A DNA stretch of 63,899 bases, filler included. It is 4 parts of 4 records of this genome, joined end to end, with 100 filler letters (N's around TTAATTAATTAA, not from the genome) between each part and the next. Parts side by side here need not be neighbours in the genome. Positions count along the whole stretch, not along the records: positions 1 to 17,367 come from SRR22947727_1893; positions 17,468 to 43,587 come from SRR22947727_1895; 2 more parts are not named here. One strand, given 5' to 3'. Below are positions 8,298 to 17,731 of the stretch, one piece after another. A model generated the notes under the pieces. It had not been told where the DNA came from, made no database searches, and saw nothing but the letters and a program-made list of their open reading frames with translations. The translations under genes were made by a program, and so were the position numbers. How positions within the stretch are numbered: position 1 is the stretch's first letter; each line of letters starts with the position of its first letter.

Positions 8298-8717
8298 ATG
8301 GCAAGAGTGCAGGTGGCTTTGAACGTCTCCGACATCGATGCCGCAGTGGACTTCTACTCCCGAGCCTTCCGGGCCACCGTGCATAAGCGGCGCCCCGGTT
8401 ATGCGAACTTCGAGATTGCTGATCCACCCATGAAGTTGGTGCTTTTCGAAGTCAACGATCGCGGCGAGGGCTCGGGAAATGCTCTGAACCACATCGGCAT
8501 CGAAGTGCCTACGACCGAGGATGTTGGTGAGCAGGACGTCGCCTTAAGTGACGCTGGTCTCGAGGTGAGGCGAGAGGACGGCATGGTGTGCTGCCATGCG
8601 CAGCAGGACAAGCTCTACGTCGTCGACCCCGATGGTTTGGAGTGGGAGACCTACGCAGTAACCGATGAATCCCCCGACGGTCTGGCTTTGTTGGGCACCG
8701 ACAATTGCTGCGCCTAG
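8298..8717 (+). CDS. ArsI/CadI family VOC metalloenzyme
   Basis: ARVQVALNVSD, RPGYANF..ADPPMKLVL, vicinal CCHAQQDK, DPDGLEWE, C-terminal CCA. Confidence 0.9.
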   Translation: MARVQVALNVSDIDAAVDFYSRAFRATVHKRRPGYANFEIADPPMKLVLFEVNDRGEGSGNALNHIGIEVPTTEDVGEQDVALSDAGLEVRREDGMVCCHAQQDKLYVVDPDGLEWETYAVTDESPDGLALLGTDNCCA

Positions 8718-8772
8718 GCAAGCCGGTCGCCATCGCATAATCGCGGGGCTTTACCTCGGATAGCGTGGCCTC

Positions 8773-9267
8773 GTGATCCGAGAAGCAACGCCGGACGACG
8801 TGGCTGCTATCCACAACATGATCGTCGGCCTAGCGGAGTTCGAGATGGAGCCCGATGCGGTTACGGCGACCCCAGCTGATCTGCACGAGGCGCTCTTCGG
8901 GCAGCGGCCAGCGCTGTTCGCGCACGTCGCTGATGATGCCGAGCACGGCGTGGTCGGTTTCAGCCTATGGTTCTTGAACTATTCAACGTGGCTCGGCACT
9001 CACGGCATCTACCTCGAGGATTTGTTCGTTCAACCCGAGCATCGGGGATCCGGGTACGGCAAGGCACTGCTGGCGAACCTCGCACGTATCTGCGTCGAGC
9101 GCGGGTACGGACGCCTGGAATGGTGGGTGCTGGACGAACCGAATATGCAGTCCTCATGGCGCTTCTACGAATCGCAGGGAGCCCGGGCGCTCCGAGAATG
9201 GGTACCCCACCGCGTAACGGGTGACGCCCTGATCGACCTGGGCGGTGGAACTACGTCCCAAAAATGA
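8773..9267 (+). CDS. GNAT N-acetyltransferase (SSAT-like)
   Basis: FLNYSTWLGTHGIYLEDLFVQPEHRGSGYGKALL, RLEWWVLD. Confidence 0.92.
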   Translation: MIREATPDDVAAIHNMIVGLAEFEMEPDAVTATPADLHEALFGQRPALFAHVADDAEHGVVGFSLWFLNYSTWLGTHGIYLEDLFVQPEHRGSGYGKALLANLARICVERGYGRLEWWVLDEPNMQSSWRFYESQGARALREWVPHRVTGDALIDLGGGTTSQK

Positions 9268-9449
9268 TCTGAGAAAGACCCCAGATCACAAGCCCGACAC
9301 CCAACGCCATTCCGATCCAGCCTCGCGTGGTCATGTCGCAAGTGTTGCAAAGCGCTGTGCGTGATCACCCAACCGCGTACCTAGCGTTGCCGAAGGCGGG
9401 CGAGGTTGCTGATTCCGCTTGCGTCCAACGACCCGCAACCGCGATCACA

Positions 9450-9971
9450 TCAGGGGTAGCGCACCTCGCCGGGAACCTCTCGGTAGCCGACGGAGATCAC
9501 CGTCTCGACCACACGCTTGGACCTGGCGGACACGTTGACCCGGTACTCCCCCGGTATCGCGTCGGATTCCACACGTGAGAGATACAAGTAGTCGGTACCG
9601 CCGTACGGCTCGTAGAACTCCGTACGTTCGTTAATGATCATCCGCGTCTTTCGGCCCTGGGGGTCGGTGATCGTCACCCGAGGAAGACGGGCGTTGCGGA
9701 TCTCGTTGCTCGGCGGCCTATCCAAAATCAGTAGCTGCACAGCCATCCGGTCGCCTTCTTCCAAACGAAAGCGGAAGCCCCGGCGATCGCCCCGCTTGAT
9801 ATCGGCAAAGAGTGCAAAAGAGATAGTGCCGTCCACCAGGAGTGGGCCCTTCGCCGGAGACGACTCTGCTGGGCCGAGCCCAACCGGCTGGTGAGCCGCC
9901 ACTGGTGGCGCAACCACCAGCGCCGCCGCAGCGATAGCGGCTGCAACGACGACCCGAGAAATGAACGTCAT
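9450..9971 (-). CDS. Secreted hypothetical protein
   Basis: MTFISRVVVAAAIAAAALVVAPPVAA|HQPV signal peptide; soluble beta-rich mature part. Confidence 0.75.
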   Translation of the reverse strand: MTFISRVVVAAAIAAAALVVAPPVAAHQPVGLGPAESSPAKGPLLVDGTISFALFADIKRGDRRGFRFRLEEGDRMAVQLLILDRPPSNEIRNARLPRVTITDPQGRKTRMIINERTEFYEPYGGTDYLYLSRVESDAIPGEYRVNVSARSKRVVETVISVGYREVPGEVRYP

Positions 9972-10059
9972 GAGCCCTACTGTGCCAAAATTTCGCCACG
10001 CGAGCATCTTGGATGCGCGCCTATCGCCTTTGATCGGCCGAGGGTGCAACACTTCGGCC

Positions 10060-10851
10060 ATGGATGGAACAGACCTGAAAGCCAAGTCAGAGACCGGCAT
10101 TTCGTTCGCGGGCCTTCGCAAACTCAACCTGGTTGCTGGATTCGCCCATCTGGCGCAGATGCTGCTGGTTCTCGTGCTGGCGAGCGACTTTTCCCTACCC
10201 ATCACGGCGGCCTACGTATTTGGCCCGCCTGGAACTCCGCCGAACGACCCGGTCACCATCTTCGAATCCCGCATCGCATGGGGCGTGGCTCTGTTCTTCG
10301 CGCTGTCGGCCTTCTTCCACTTTGTCGTTGCAAGCCGATGGTTCTACCCGCGCTATGTCGGCGGGCTGCAGTCCGGACACAACTACTTCCGTTGGGTGGA
10401 GTACTCGCTGTCGTCATCCATCATGATCGTGCTGATCGCGCAGATCACAGGAATTTCCGACGTTGCCGCGCTCATGGCGATCTTCGGCGTGAATGCATCG
10501 ATGATTTTGTTCGGTTGGCTGCAAGAGAAATACGAGCAGCCCGGTGGCGGAATGCTGCCCTTCATTTTCGGCTGCATGACCGGAATCGTCCCGTGGCTCA
10601 TCATCGTGGTCTGGGTGCTCGCCCCCGGCTCGTCGAGCAAGCCGGAGATTCCAGGCTTCGTCATCGGGATCATCATCACCCTGTTCGTGTTCTTCAACAC
10701 CTTTGCTCTGGTCCAGTGGCTGCAATACAAGCAAGTCGGCAAGTGGCGGGACTACCTGCGCGGTGAGCGCAGTTACATCCTGTTGAGCTTGATTGCCAAG
10801 ACGGCTCTCGCGTGGCAGATCTTCTCGGGAACCCTCGTGCCTCCGGCCTAG
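10060..10851 (+). CDS. Heliorhodopsin (HeR)
   Basis: 7 TM helices; TM1 HLAQ, TM2 SAFFH, TM3 NYFRWVEYSLSSSIM, TM7 YILLSLIAK (retinal Lys). Confidence 0.95.
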   Translation: MDGTDLKAKSETGISFAGLRKLNLVAGFAHLAQMLLVLVLASDFSLPITAAYVFGPPGTPPNDPVTIFESRIAWGVALFFALSAFFHFVVASRWFYPRYVGGLQSGHNYFRWVEYSLSSSIMIVLIAQITGISDVAALMAIFGVNASMILFGWLQEKYEQPGGGMLPFIFGCMTGIVPWLIIVVWVLAPGSSSKPEIPGFVIGIIITLFVFFNTFALVQWLQYKQVGKWRDYLRGERSYILLSLIAKTALAWQIFSGTLVPPA

Positions 10852-10949
10852 GTCGTCGGCAGGATCGAATCACCGGTGGGAGCCATGACCGGCCCTTCGG
10901 ACTGAAAGATTCACGCAAACCCGCCGTCATTCAGTGATTGAATGAAGAG

Positions 10950-11339
10950 GTGAGCACCGTTCCGGACTGCATTCGGGTAGAGATCCCCGCAGCGACGATC
11001 AATATGGCCATTGCTCGTACGGTGGCCGCGGCCATGGCCGCACGGGCCGACTTGACGCTGGACCAAATCGAAGACGTTCGTCTCGCCATGGACGAAGGCC
11101 TCGCGTACATCATCGAAGTGGCCTCGGACGGAGCGATGGTCACCTGCGAGCTGTGCGTCAACGATGGTGTTGTGTCCGCGACACTCGCCAGCACCGTCGC
11201 CTCATCGACTGTTGCCGAGCCCAATCCCTTCGCCTGGACGGTGCTCACCGCACTAGTCGGCGACGTGGACCTGCGAGTGGACGATGGCTCCATTCGGCTT
11301 CAGTGGAACGTCGCTCGCGACGCCTCCGTCCAGGCCTAA
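10950..11339 (+). CDS. Anti-sigma factor (RsbW/UsfX-like)
   Basis: ARTVAAAMAARADLTLDQIEDVRLAMDE, FAWTVLTAL; directly upstream of sigma factor; GTG start inferred. Confidence 0.85.
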   Translation: MSTVPDCIRVEIPAATINMAIARTVAAAMAARADLTLDQIEDVRLAMDEGLAYIIEVASDGAMVTCELCVNDGVVSATLASTVASSTVAEPNPFAWTVLTALVGDVDLRVDDGSIRLQWNVARDASVQA

Positions 11340-11345
11340 CGACCC

Positions 11346-12119
11346 ATGTCGCAGACACGACAGTCCGCCGACGATCAGCGGTTGGCGGCTGAACGGGAAC
11401 TCTTCGAACGACTTCACGACGCGGACGCCTCCGATGCCGAGCAGGCCGGAGTGCGCGATGAGCTCATCGAGACACACATGCCGCTCGTCCACCACCTCGC
11501 GCGTCGATACGCCGATCGCGGAGAGCCCATCGAGGACGTCACGCAGGTCGCGACCATTGGACTGATCCAAGCCATCGACAAGTTCGACCCCGATCGTGGT
11601 TCTGCATTCTCCACATATGCCGTTCCCACGATCTTGGGTGCAATACGCCGCCACTTCCGCGACGCCACGTGGTCGGTGAAGGTTCCGCGACGTGTGCAGG
11701 AACTTCGAGGAAAGATCGACGCTGCTCACGACGCACTGGCTCAAGAGTTGGGGCGTTCCCCCACCGTCGCGGAGATCGCCACTCGCGCCGATGTCGATCC
11801 GGCCGATGTGCTCGATTCCCTGGAGCTCAGTCGTGCCCGAAGCACAGCACCGATCGATGCGGCCTCCGACGGCGAGGTTCCCCTCGCCGACACTCTCGGA
11901 GATCTGGATGCCTCGTTGACCGACATCGAGAACGCCGAAACCATCAAGCGACTCCTCACGACACTCAGCGAGGATGAGCGCACCGTCGTGACGTTGAGAT
12001 TCTTCGACGGCCTGACCCAAACCCAGATTGCCGAACGCGTCGGCGTCTCTCAGATGCAGGTCTCGCGGATTCTCACTCGATCGTTGGAGAAGTTGCGGGC
12101 TGGCCTGTCCGCCGGCTAA
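11346..12119 (+). CDS. SigB/SigF/SigG-family RNA polymerase sigma factor
   Basis: QVATIGLIQAIDKFDPDRG, FSTYAVPTILGAIRRHFRD..WSVKVPRR, TQTQIAERVGVSQMQVSR. Confidence 0.95.
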   Translation: MSQTRQSADDQRLAAERELFERLHDADASDAEQAGVRDELIETHMPLVHHLARRYADRGEPIEDVTQVATIGLIQAIDKFDPDRGSAFSTYAVPTILGAIRRHFRDATWSVKVPRRVQELRGKIDAAHDALAQELGRSPTVAEIATRADVDPADVLDSLELSRARSTAPIDAASDGEVPLADTLGDLDASLTDIENAETIKRLLTTLSEDERTVVTLRFFDGLTQTQIAERVGVSQMQVSRILTRSLEKLRAGLSAG

Positions 12120-12132
12120 CTACGCTTTCCCC

Positions 12133-12834
12133 GTGACCAACGACGACCCCCACGCGGTGACCGGCGACCTCGCCCGACTGCGCGACTGGTGGGCTGAGCG
12201 CCGCGGCGACCGAGAGCGATCCATCGCCTGGATTCACGACCTCGAGAACGAAGATGAGGCGCGCAACGCCGTGAACCGCGCGATCGACAGCGGCGCCACG
12301 CTGATCGCCTTGCACATTGACGGCGACGATTCCGCGTCGCGGGCCACGATCGCCTTCGTGGCGAACGTGCCGACGACCGACGTCGTCGAACAGCAGCCAG
12401 GGACCAGTGATCACGCATGGATGGAGGCCGTGGCCGAGATTCGCGACCTCCTTGAGCCCTACCGGGTCGTGCCACCCGACGACAGCAGCGTCGATTCAGC
12501 AGCACACGCTTTCCCCGCCCCCGGAGTCCCTGCTCCCAACCTCCCCGCTCCCCGAGTTCACTCCGCTCAGGCGGCGATCACGTCCGCTGCCCAGCGCGAG
12601 ACCGCGATCATCTTCGATGGTCTTACCGCCCACGCGGGCGCCGCGCTGGTGAGCACAAATGATTCACGCGCCCGAGAGTGGATGTTGCCGGCCACGTCCT
12701 CCACCGACCCGGCTATCCGCGCAGCCCAAAGTTTTCTTGATATCGAGCCGGCGACCCATTTCGGCACCAACGGTGGCGACGCGACGTCGCTACGCGCCGT
12801 TCTGTCGCTGCTCGACGTCGTCGATCCTGCGTGA
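12133..12834 (+). CDS. Highly diverged, shortened CobT-like (nicotinate-nucleotide:DMB phosphoribosyltransferase) protein
   Basis: Residual blocks GDLARLRDWWA, AIDSGATLI, GTSDHAWMEAVAEIRD, AAQRETAIIFDG, STDPA..AAQSFLDIEP; position next to gcvT-pepA. Confidence 0.6.
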   Translation: MTNDDPHAVTGDLARLRDWWAERRGDRERSIAWIHDLENEDEARNAVNRAIDSGATLIALHIDGDDSASRATIAFVANVPTTDVVEQQPGTSDHAWMEAVAEIRDLLEPYRVVPPDDSSVDSAAHAFPAPGVPAPNLPAPRVHSAQAAITSAAQRETAIIFDGLTAHAGAALVSTNDSRAREWMLPATSSTDPAIRAAQSFLDIEPATHFGTNGGDATSLRAVLSLLDVVDPA

Positions 12835-12876
12835 TCCCCGCTGATCGACGATTCCTCGCTGATCAACCAGGCTTCG

Positions 12877-13974
12877 TCAGCCGTCCGCTCGCACGTTGCT
12901 CGCGACGAACGGCACCTTCACCACAGCGAACGGCACGTGTCGGCCACGAACATCGACCACTACCTCGTCATCGATGCTCACCGACGCGTCCACCAGGGCT
13001 AACGCGATCCCCTCCTTCAAGGTCGGAGAGAAGGTGCCGCTGGTGACCTCCCCCACCGTCGCGCCGTCGGAACTCAGAACATCCATGTGTGACCGGGGGA
13101 CGGCCCTTTGCGTGGCACGCAACGCTCGTAGTCGGCGCTCAGGACCACTCTCCCGTTGACGCACCAGAGCCTCGCGGCCACCGAACGCGGGCTTGTCCCA
13201 GCCGACAGCCCAGGCCATACCGGCCTCCACCGGAGTGATCAACGGTGAAATGTCCTGCCCGTGCAGCGGGAATCCCATCTCGGTTCGCAAGGTGTCGCGA
13301 GCGCCGAGGCCCGCCAATCCTCCGCCGACACCCTCGGCCGCTCCCGCAACCTCATCCCATAGCTGCCCCAGCACGCTGTTCGGAGCGATCAACTCAAAGC
13401 CAAGTTCTCCGGTGTAGCCGGAGCGGCACACCGTGATTGGCTCGTCACGCCACGACGCAACCGCAAACGCCATGTAGTCCATATCCATTGGCAGGTCCAC
13501 GGCTGAAAGCACGTCCGCAGATTTCGGTCCCTGGACCGCGATGATGCCGTGCGTCAACTGCTGATCATCGACCGTGATCGTTTCCACAGCCGCAGCCTCG
13601 AAGATCCCCGTAATGGTTGCCGCGTTCGCAGCGTTCGGGACGATGTAGACGCCATCGTCGCCCCACTTGTAGACAATCAAGTCGTCGACGACGCCTCCGG
13701 TGTCGTTGCACACCATCGAGTACTGCGCCTGACCGGCGCCGATGCGATCAAGATCATTAGCCACGATGGAGTTCACGAAGTCGGAGGCCCCGGTGCCGAA
13801 GATCGCCACCTTGCCCATGTGGGAGACGTCGAATATCCCGACCGCCTCGCGCACGCTCGCGTGCTCCGCGACTGTTCCGTTGTATTCGATGGGCATATCC
13901 CAGCCACCGAAATCGGCCATCTTCGCGCCGGCATCGACGTGTCGGCTGTGCAAGGGAGTCCGAGAGAGCACCAT
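12877..13974 (-). CDS. gcvT: Glycine cleavage system aminomethyltransferase T
   Basis: RTPLH, FGGWDMP, FDVSHMG, RSGYTGELGFE, GLGARDTLRTEMG, VTSGTFSPTL. Confidence 0.96.
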   Translation of the reverse strand: MVLSRTPLHSRHVDAGAKMADFGGWDMPIEYNGTVAEHASVREAVGIFDVSHMGKVAIFGTGASDFVNSIVANDLDRIGAGQAQYSMVCNDTGGVVDDLIVYKWGDDGVYIVPNAANAATITGIFEAAAVETITVDDQQLTHGIIAVQGPKSADVLSAVDLPMDMDYMAFAVASWRDEPITVCRSGYTGELGFELIAPNSVLGQLWDEVAGAAEGVGGGLAGLGARDTLRTEMGFPLHGQDISPLITPVEAGMAWAVGWDKPAFGGREALVRQRESGPERRLRALRATQRAVPRSHMDVLSSDGATVGEVTSGTFSPTLKEGIALALVDASVSIDDEVVVDVRGRHVPFAVVKVPFVASNVRADG

Positions 13975-14025
13975 CCGACCGTAGTCCTCGGCCACCGACC
14001 GGCGCCGCAGATTAGGGTTCCTCGC

Positions 14026-15513
14026 ATGTCTCTTCTCAGTCTGGCCAGCACCAAACCGGCCACTACCTCTGCCGACTCCCTCCTCGTCACCATCACCCCC
14101 GGTCGCGGGAAAAAGGTGGTGGTTCACGGCGCGGGCATCACCGCGAGCCAGGGCACGAAGATCGCCGAGGCCCTGCAGGCCGTGTCGGCCACGGGCAAGG
14201 CCGGCGAGATCACCCGCGTGCCGTCGCCCGTTGCGAGCAAGGCATCGACCATCATCGCCGTCGGACTCGGTGATCGAGACGCGGACACCGACGGCGAAAA
14301 ACTCCGCCGCGCGATCGGCTCGGCCGTTCGCGGGTCAACGGGACAGCGCAAGATCGCGATCGTTCCTCCCGACACCGACGACTCCACGATCACCGATGTT
14401 GCGATGGCCGCCCGACTCGGTGCCTATGCGTTCACCGCCTTTAAGTCCAGCGACCCAGCGACCGCCCGTCCCGTGCGCAGCGTCACGATCCTCGTCCCGG
14501 CTCCCGCCGGGGCCGCGCGAGAGATCATCGACAAAACCGAGACGGTCGGCGAGGCCGTGTGCTTCACCCGCGATCTCGTCAATACCCCGCCAAACGCCCT
14601 CGCGCCGGCCGACCTCGCGCAGGCGGCGAAGGACTCCGTGGCAGGTCTACCGGTCACGGTGAAGATCTGGGACGAGAAGGCCCTGGAGAAAGACAATTGC
14701 GGCGGAATCCTAGGAGTCGGTAAGGGCTCGTCACGGCCCCCGCGCCTGGTGCGCATGACGTACGCGCCCCGCGGTGCCACATCGCACGTGGCCCTCGTCG
14801 GCAAAGGCATCACTTTCGACACCGGCGGCATCTCCATCAAGCCGGCGGCCAACATGGACGAAATGAAGGCCGACATGTCCGGTGCAGCTGCCGTGATCGG
14901 CGCCATGCGTGCCATCGCGTCGCTCGGGCTCAGCGTGAAGGTCACCGGTTGGGTGCCGGCCGCGGAGAACATGCCGAGCGGCACCGCGCAACGCCCCGGT
15001 GACGTGCTCACGACCTACAGCGGTACCACCGTCGAGGTTCTCAACACCGACGCCGAAGGTCGACTTGTTCTCGCCGACGCACTCGGGATGGCCGTCGAGG
15101 ACGCCCCCGATCTCATCGTGGACGTCGCCACCTTGACCGGTGCGCAACGCATCGCACTCGGCTCGCGAACCGCGGGAGTGATGGCCAACAACGACGATGC
15201 GCGCACGCAGGTGATCGACGCGGCGAACGCGGCCGGTGAGGCCATGTGGCCAATGCCGCTGCCTGAGGATCTACGTCCATCGCTGGATTCTGCGACCGCG
15301 GACATCGCGAACATCGGCGACCGTCTCGGCGGCATGCTCTCGGCGGGCATCTTCCTGTCAGAGTTCATCCCCGCCGACCAGCCCTGGGTCCATATCGACA
15401 TCGCCGGACCAGCCTTCAACGAGAAGTCCGCCTACGGCTACACCCCCAAGGGCGGTACCGGTGCAGCCGTTCGAACCTTCGTCGAACTCGTCGAGGACTT
15501 CACCCGGGTCTGA
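14026..15513 (+). CDS. pepA: Leucyl aminopeptidase (M17)
   Basis: VGKGITFDTGG, MKADMSGAA, NTDAEGRLVLAD, ATLTGA, HIDIAG. Confidence 0.96.
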   Translation: MSLLSLASTKPATTSADSLLVTITPGRGKKVVVHGAGITASQGTKIAEALQAVSATGKAGEITRVPSPVASKASTIIAVGLGDRDADTDGEKLRRAIGSAVRGSTGQRKIAIVPPDTDDSTITDVAMAARLGAYAFTAFKSSDPATARPVRSVTILVPAPAGAAREIIDKTETVGEAVCFTRDLVNTPPNALAPADLAQAAKDSVAGLPVTVKIWDEKALEKDNCGGILGVGKGSSRPPRLVRMTYAPRGATSHVALVGKGITFDTGGISIKPAANMDEMKADMSGAAAVIGAMRAIASLGLSVKVTGWVPAAENMPSGTAQRPGDVLTTYSGTTVEVLNTDAEGRLVLADALGMAVEDAPDLIVDVATLTGAQRIALGSRTAGVMANNDDARTQVIDAANAAGEAMWPMPLPEDLRPSLDSATADIANIGDRLGGMLSAGIFLSEFIPADQPWVHIDIAGPAFNEKSAYGYTPKGGTGAAVRTFVELVEDFTRV

Positions 15514-15577
15514 TGTTCACCCCCGGGAGACTCGGTGGAAGAATGGGGACACCAAAACCCGAACAGGAGTGAGCCCT

Positions 15578-16948
15578 GTGCCCCAGGCAGACATCGTTAT
15601 TCTCGGCGGAGGCAGCGGCGGATACGCCTGCGCTCTCCGAGCAGCAGAACTCGGCAAGTCCGTCATTCTCATTGACGCCGACAAACTCGGAGGCACATGC
15701 CTGCACCGGGGGTGCATACCGACCAAGGCGCTCCTGCACGCCGCAGAGGTGGCCGACTCCGCACGAGAATCCGACGAGTTCGGCGTCAAGGCGACGTTCG
15801 AAGGCATCGATATGCCACAGGTCAACAAGTACCGCGACGGCGTTGTTGGTCGCCTGTACAAGGGACTGCAAGGACTTATCAAGTCCCGAGGGGTCACCCT
15901 CGTCGAGGGCTACGGGAAAATGGTGGGGTCGACGACGGTTGAGGTGAACGGCGAGCAGTACACCGGCGAGAACCTCGTGCTAGCGACCGGCTCCTACGCC
16001 AAGTCCCTACCCGGCCTCGAGATCAGCGGCCGGATCATGACCTCCGATCAAGCACTCACGCTGGATTACGTGCCCGAGCGGGTCGTCGTCCTCGGCGGCG
16101 GCGTGATCGGCGTGGAATTCGCCAGCGTCTGGAAGTCCTTCGGCTCCGACGTGACCATCGTCGAGGCACTACCGCACCTCGTTCCCAACGAGGACGAAGC
16201 CTGCTCCAAAGCCCTCGAACGGGCATACAAGAAGCGAGGCATCAACCTCTCCCTCGGTGTCCGCTTCGCCGGGGCAACCCAGGACGAATCCAGCGTGCAG
16301 GTGTCGTTGGAAAACGGCACGACCATCGACGCCGACCTCCTGCTTGTTGCCGTGGGTCGAGGCCCCAGCACCGAAGGGATGGGCTACGACGAGCAGGGCG
16401 TGGCAATGGACCGGGGGTGGGTGCTCGTCGATGAGCGCCTACGCACGAATCTTCCGGGAGTCTTCGCCGTCGGCGACATCACCCCCGGCCTGCAACTCGC
16501 GCACCGCGGCTTCCAGCACGGCATCTTCGTCGCCGAGGAGATCGCCGGCGAGGCACCGATGCCCATCCCGGACATCAACATTCCCCGCGTCACCTACTGC
16601 GAGCCGGAAGTTGCCAGCGTCGGACTCACCGAAGTCGAAGCGATCGAAGCGCACGGCGCAGACAACATCACCACCTACGAGTACAACCTCGGCGGCAACG
16701 GCAAGAGCCAGATCCTCGCAACGGCCGGATTCATCAAGCTCGTCCAACTCACCGACGGTCCGGTGATCGGCATTCACATGGTTGGGTCACGTCTCGGCGA
16801 GCAGGTCGGTGAAGCACAACTGATCGTCAACTGGGAAGCCCACCCCACCGATGTCGCGTCCCTCATCCACGCGCACCCCACGCAAAACGAAGCAATGGGC
16901 GAGGCGCACCTCGCTCTCGCAGGAAAACCTCTGCACGCACACGCCTGA
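15578..16948 (+). CDS. lpdA: Dihydrolipoyl dehydrogenase
   Basis: GGGSGG, GGTCLHRGCIPTKAL, HAHPTQNE; AGGAG RBS before GTG 15578. Confidence 0.96.
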   Translation: MPQADIVILGGGSGGYACALRAAELGKSVILIDADKLGGTCLHRGCIPTKALLHAAEVADSARESDEFGVKATFEGIDMPQVNKYRDGVVGRLYKGLQGLIKSRGVTLVEGYGKMVGSTTVEVNGEQYTGENLVLATGSYAKSLPGLEISGRIMTSDQALTLDYVPERVVVLGGGVIGVEFASVWKSFGSDVTIVEALPHLVPNEDEACSKALERAYKKRGINLSLGVRFAGATQDESSVQVSLENGTTIDADLLLVAVGRGPSTEGMGYDEQGVAMDRGWVLVDERLRTNLPGVFAVGDITPGLQLAHRGFQHGIFVAEEIAGEAPMPIPDINIPRVTYCEPEVASVGLTEVEAIEAHGADNITTYEYNLGGNGKSQILATAGFIKLVQLTDGPVIGIHMVGSRLGEQVGEAQLIVNWEAHPTDVASLIHAHPTQNEAMGEAHLALAGKPLHAHA

Positions 16949-16978
16949 TCGCACTTCACGCACCCACAAGGAGCTCGC

Positions 16979-17367
16979 ATGCCGGTCACCGTGACCATGC
17001 CGCAACTCGGCGAAAGCGTCACCGAAGGAACGATTACCCGGTGGTTGAAGGCCGTCGGCGACACCGTCGCCGCAGACGAACCGCTCCTGGAGGTTTCCAC
17101 GGACAAAGTGGACACGGAAATTCCCGCGCCGGCGTCCGGTGTGCTGCTGAGCATCGACGCCACTGAAGACGACACCGTCGAGGTGGGTGGAGTGCTGGCC
17201 GTCATCGGCGAACCCGACGACGCTGCCGCCGTTCCCTCGAGTGAACCGTCCGAGCCGTCCGAGCCCGTCGTCGCGGACACACCTGCAGAGCCCGCCGCAC
17301 CGGCAGAAGCTGCACCTTCCGAGCCGGCCACACCTGAGCCGGCCACACCTGGGCCGGCCACACCTGG
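16979..17367 (+). CDS. sucB: Dihydrolipoamide acyltransferase E2 (SucB/DlaT), N-terminal lipoyl domain, 3' truncated at contig end
   Basis: [28 protein letters not shown], Pro/Ala/Glu linker. Confidence 0.9.
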
Positions 17368-17467
17368 NNNNNNNNNNNNNNNNNNNNNNNNNNNNNNNNN
17401 NNNNNNNNNNNTTAATTAATTAANNNNNNNNNNNNNNNNNNNNNNNNNNNNNNNNNNNNNNNNNNNN
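17368..17467. other. Artificial contig linker
   Basis: 44 N + TTAATTAATTAA (stops in all six frames) + 44 N; abrupt GC change. Confidence 0.99.
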
Positions 17468-17731
17468 TAATTGGCTTGGTTGATTGGTTATAGATAAATG
17501 GTTGTGGTTATAATTGATTGCTTGTGCTTGGTTGAAATTATTTGCTTGTAGTTGCGCTTGTGTTTGGATGGTTCAATTAACTCATTTAGTTGACTCATTA
17601 GTCATTTCAATTTAAGCATTTTATCTATTAATTTAATTGAATCTTTCGCTTCAATATTTCATCCTAAAAAACGAGCTATGAAAGAGATCTCAAATGTCCA
17701 TAGGTTAACCCATCAAAAAGCACACAAAATA

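Noticed and set aside
2044-15577. Apparent N-terminal extensions in track ORFs (sodN, methyltransferase, monooxygenase, HeR, gcvT, pepA, lpdA)
   Set aside because: Longest-ORF artefacts; RBSs, gene overlaps and family homology support the shorter starts reported.
17321-17367. 15-bp tandem repeats GAGCCGGCCACACCT
   Set aside because: Encode the ordinary EPATP linker of E2 and probably caused the assembly break.
17368-17467. TTAATTAATTAA flanked by Ns (also 43588-43687, 55596-55695) and sharp GC shifts
   Set aside because: Artificial concatenation linkers, not islands or HGT junctions; cross-linker gene neighbourhoods are meaningless.
17468-17731. G/T-skewed low-complexity non-coding stretch
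   Set aside because: No convincing ORF, hairpin or periodic repeat recognisable, and truncated by the contig edge.
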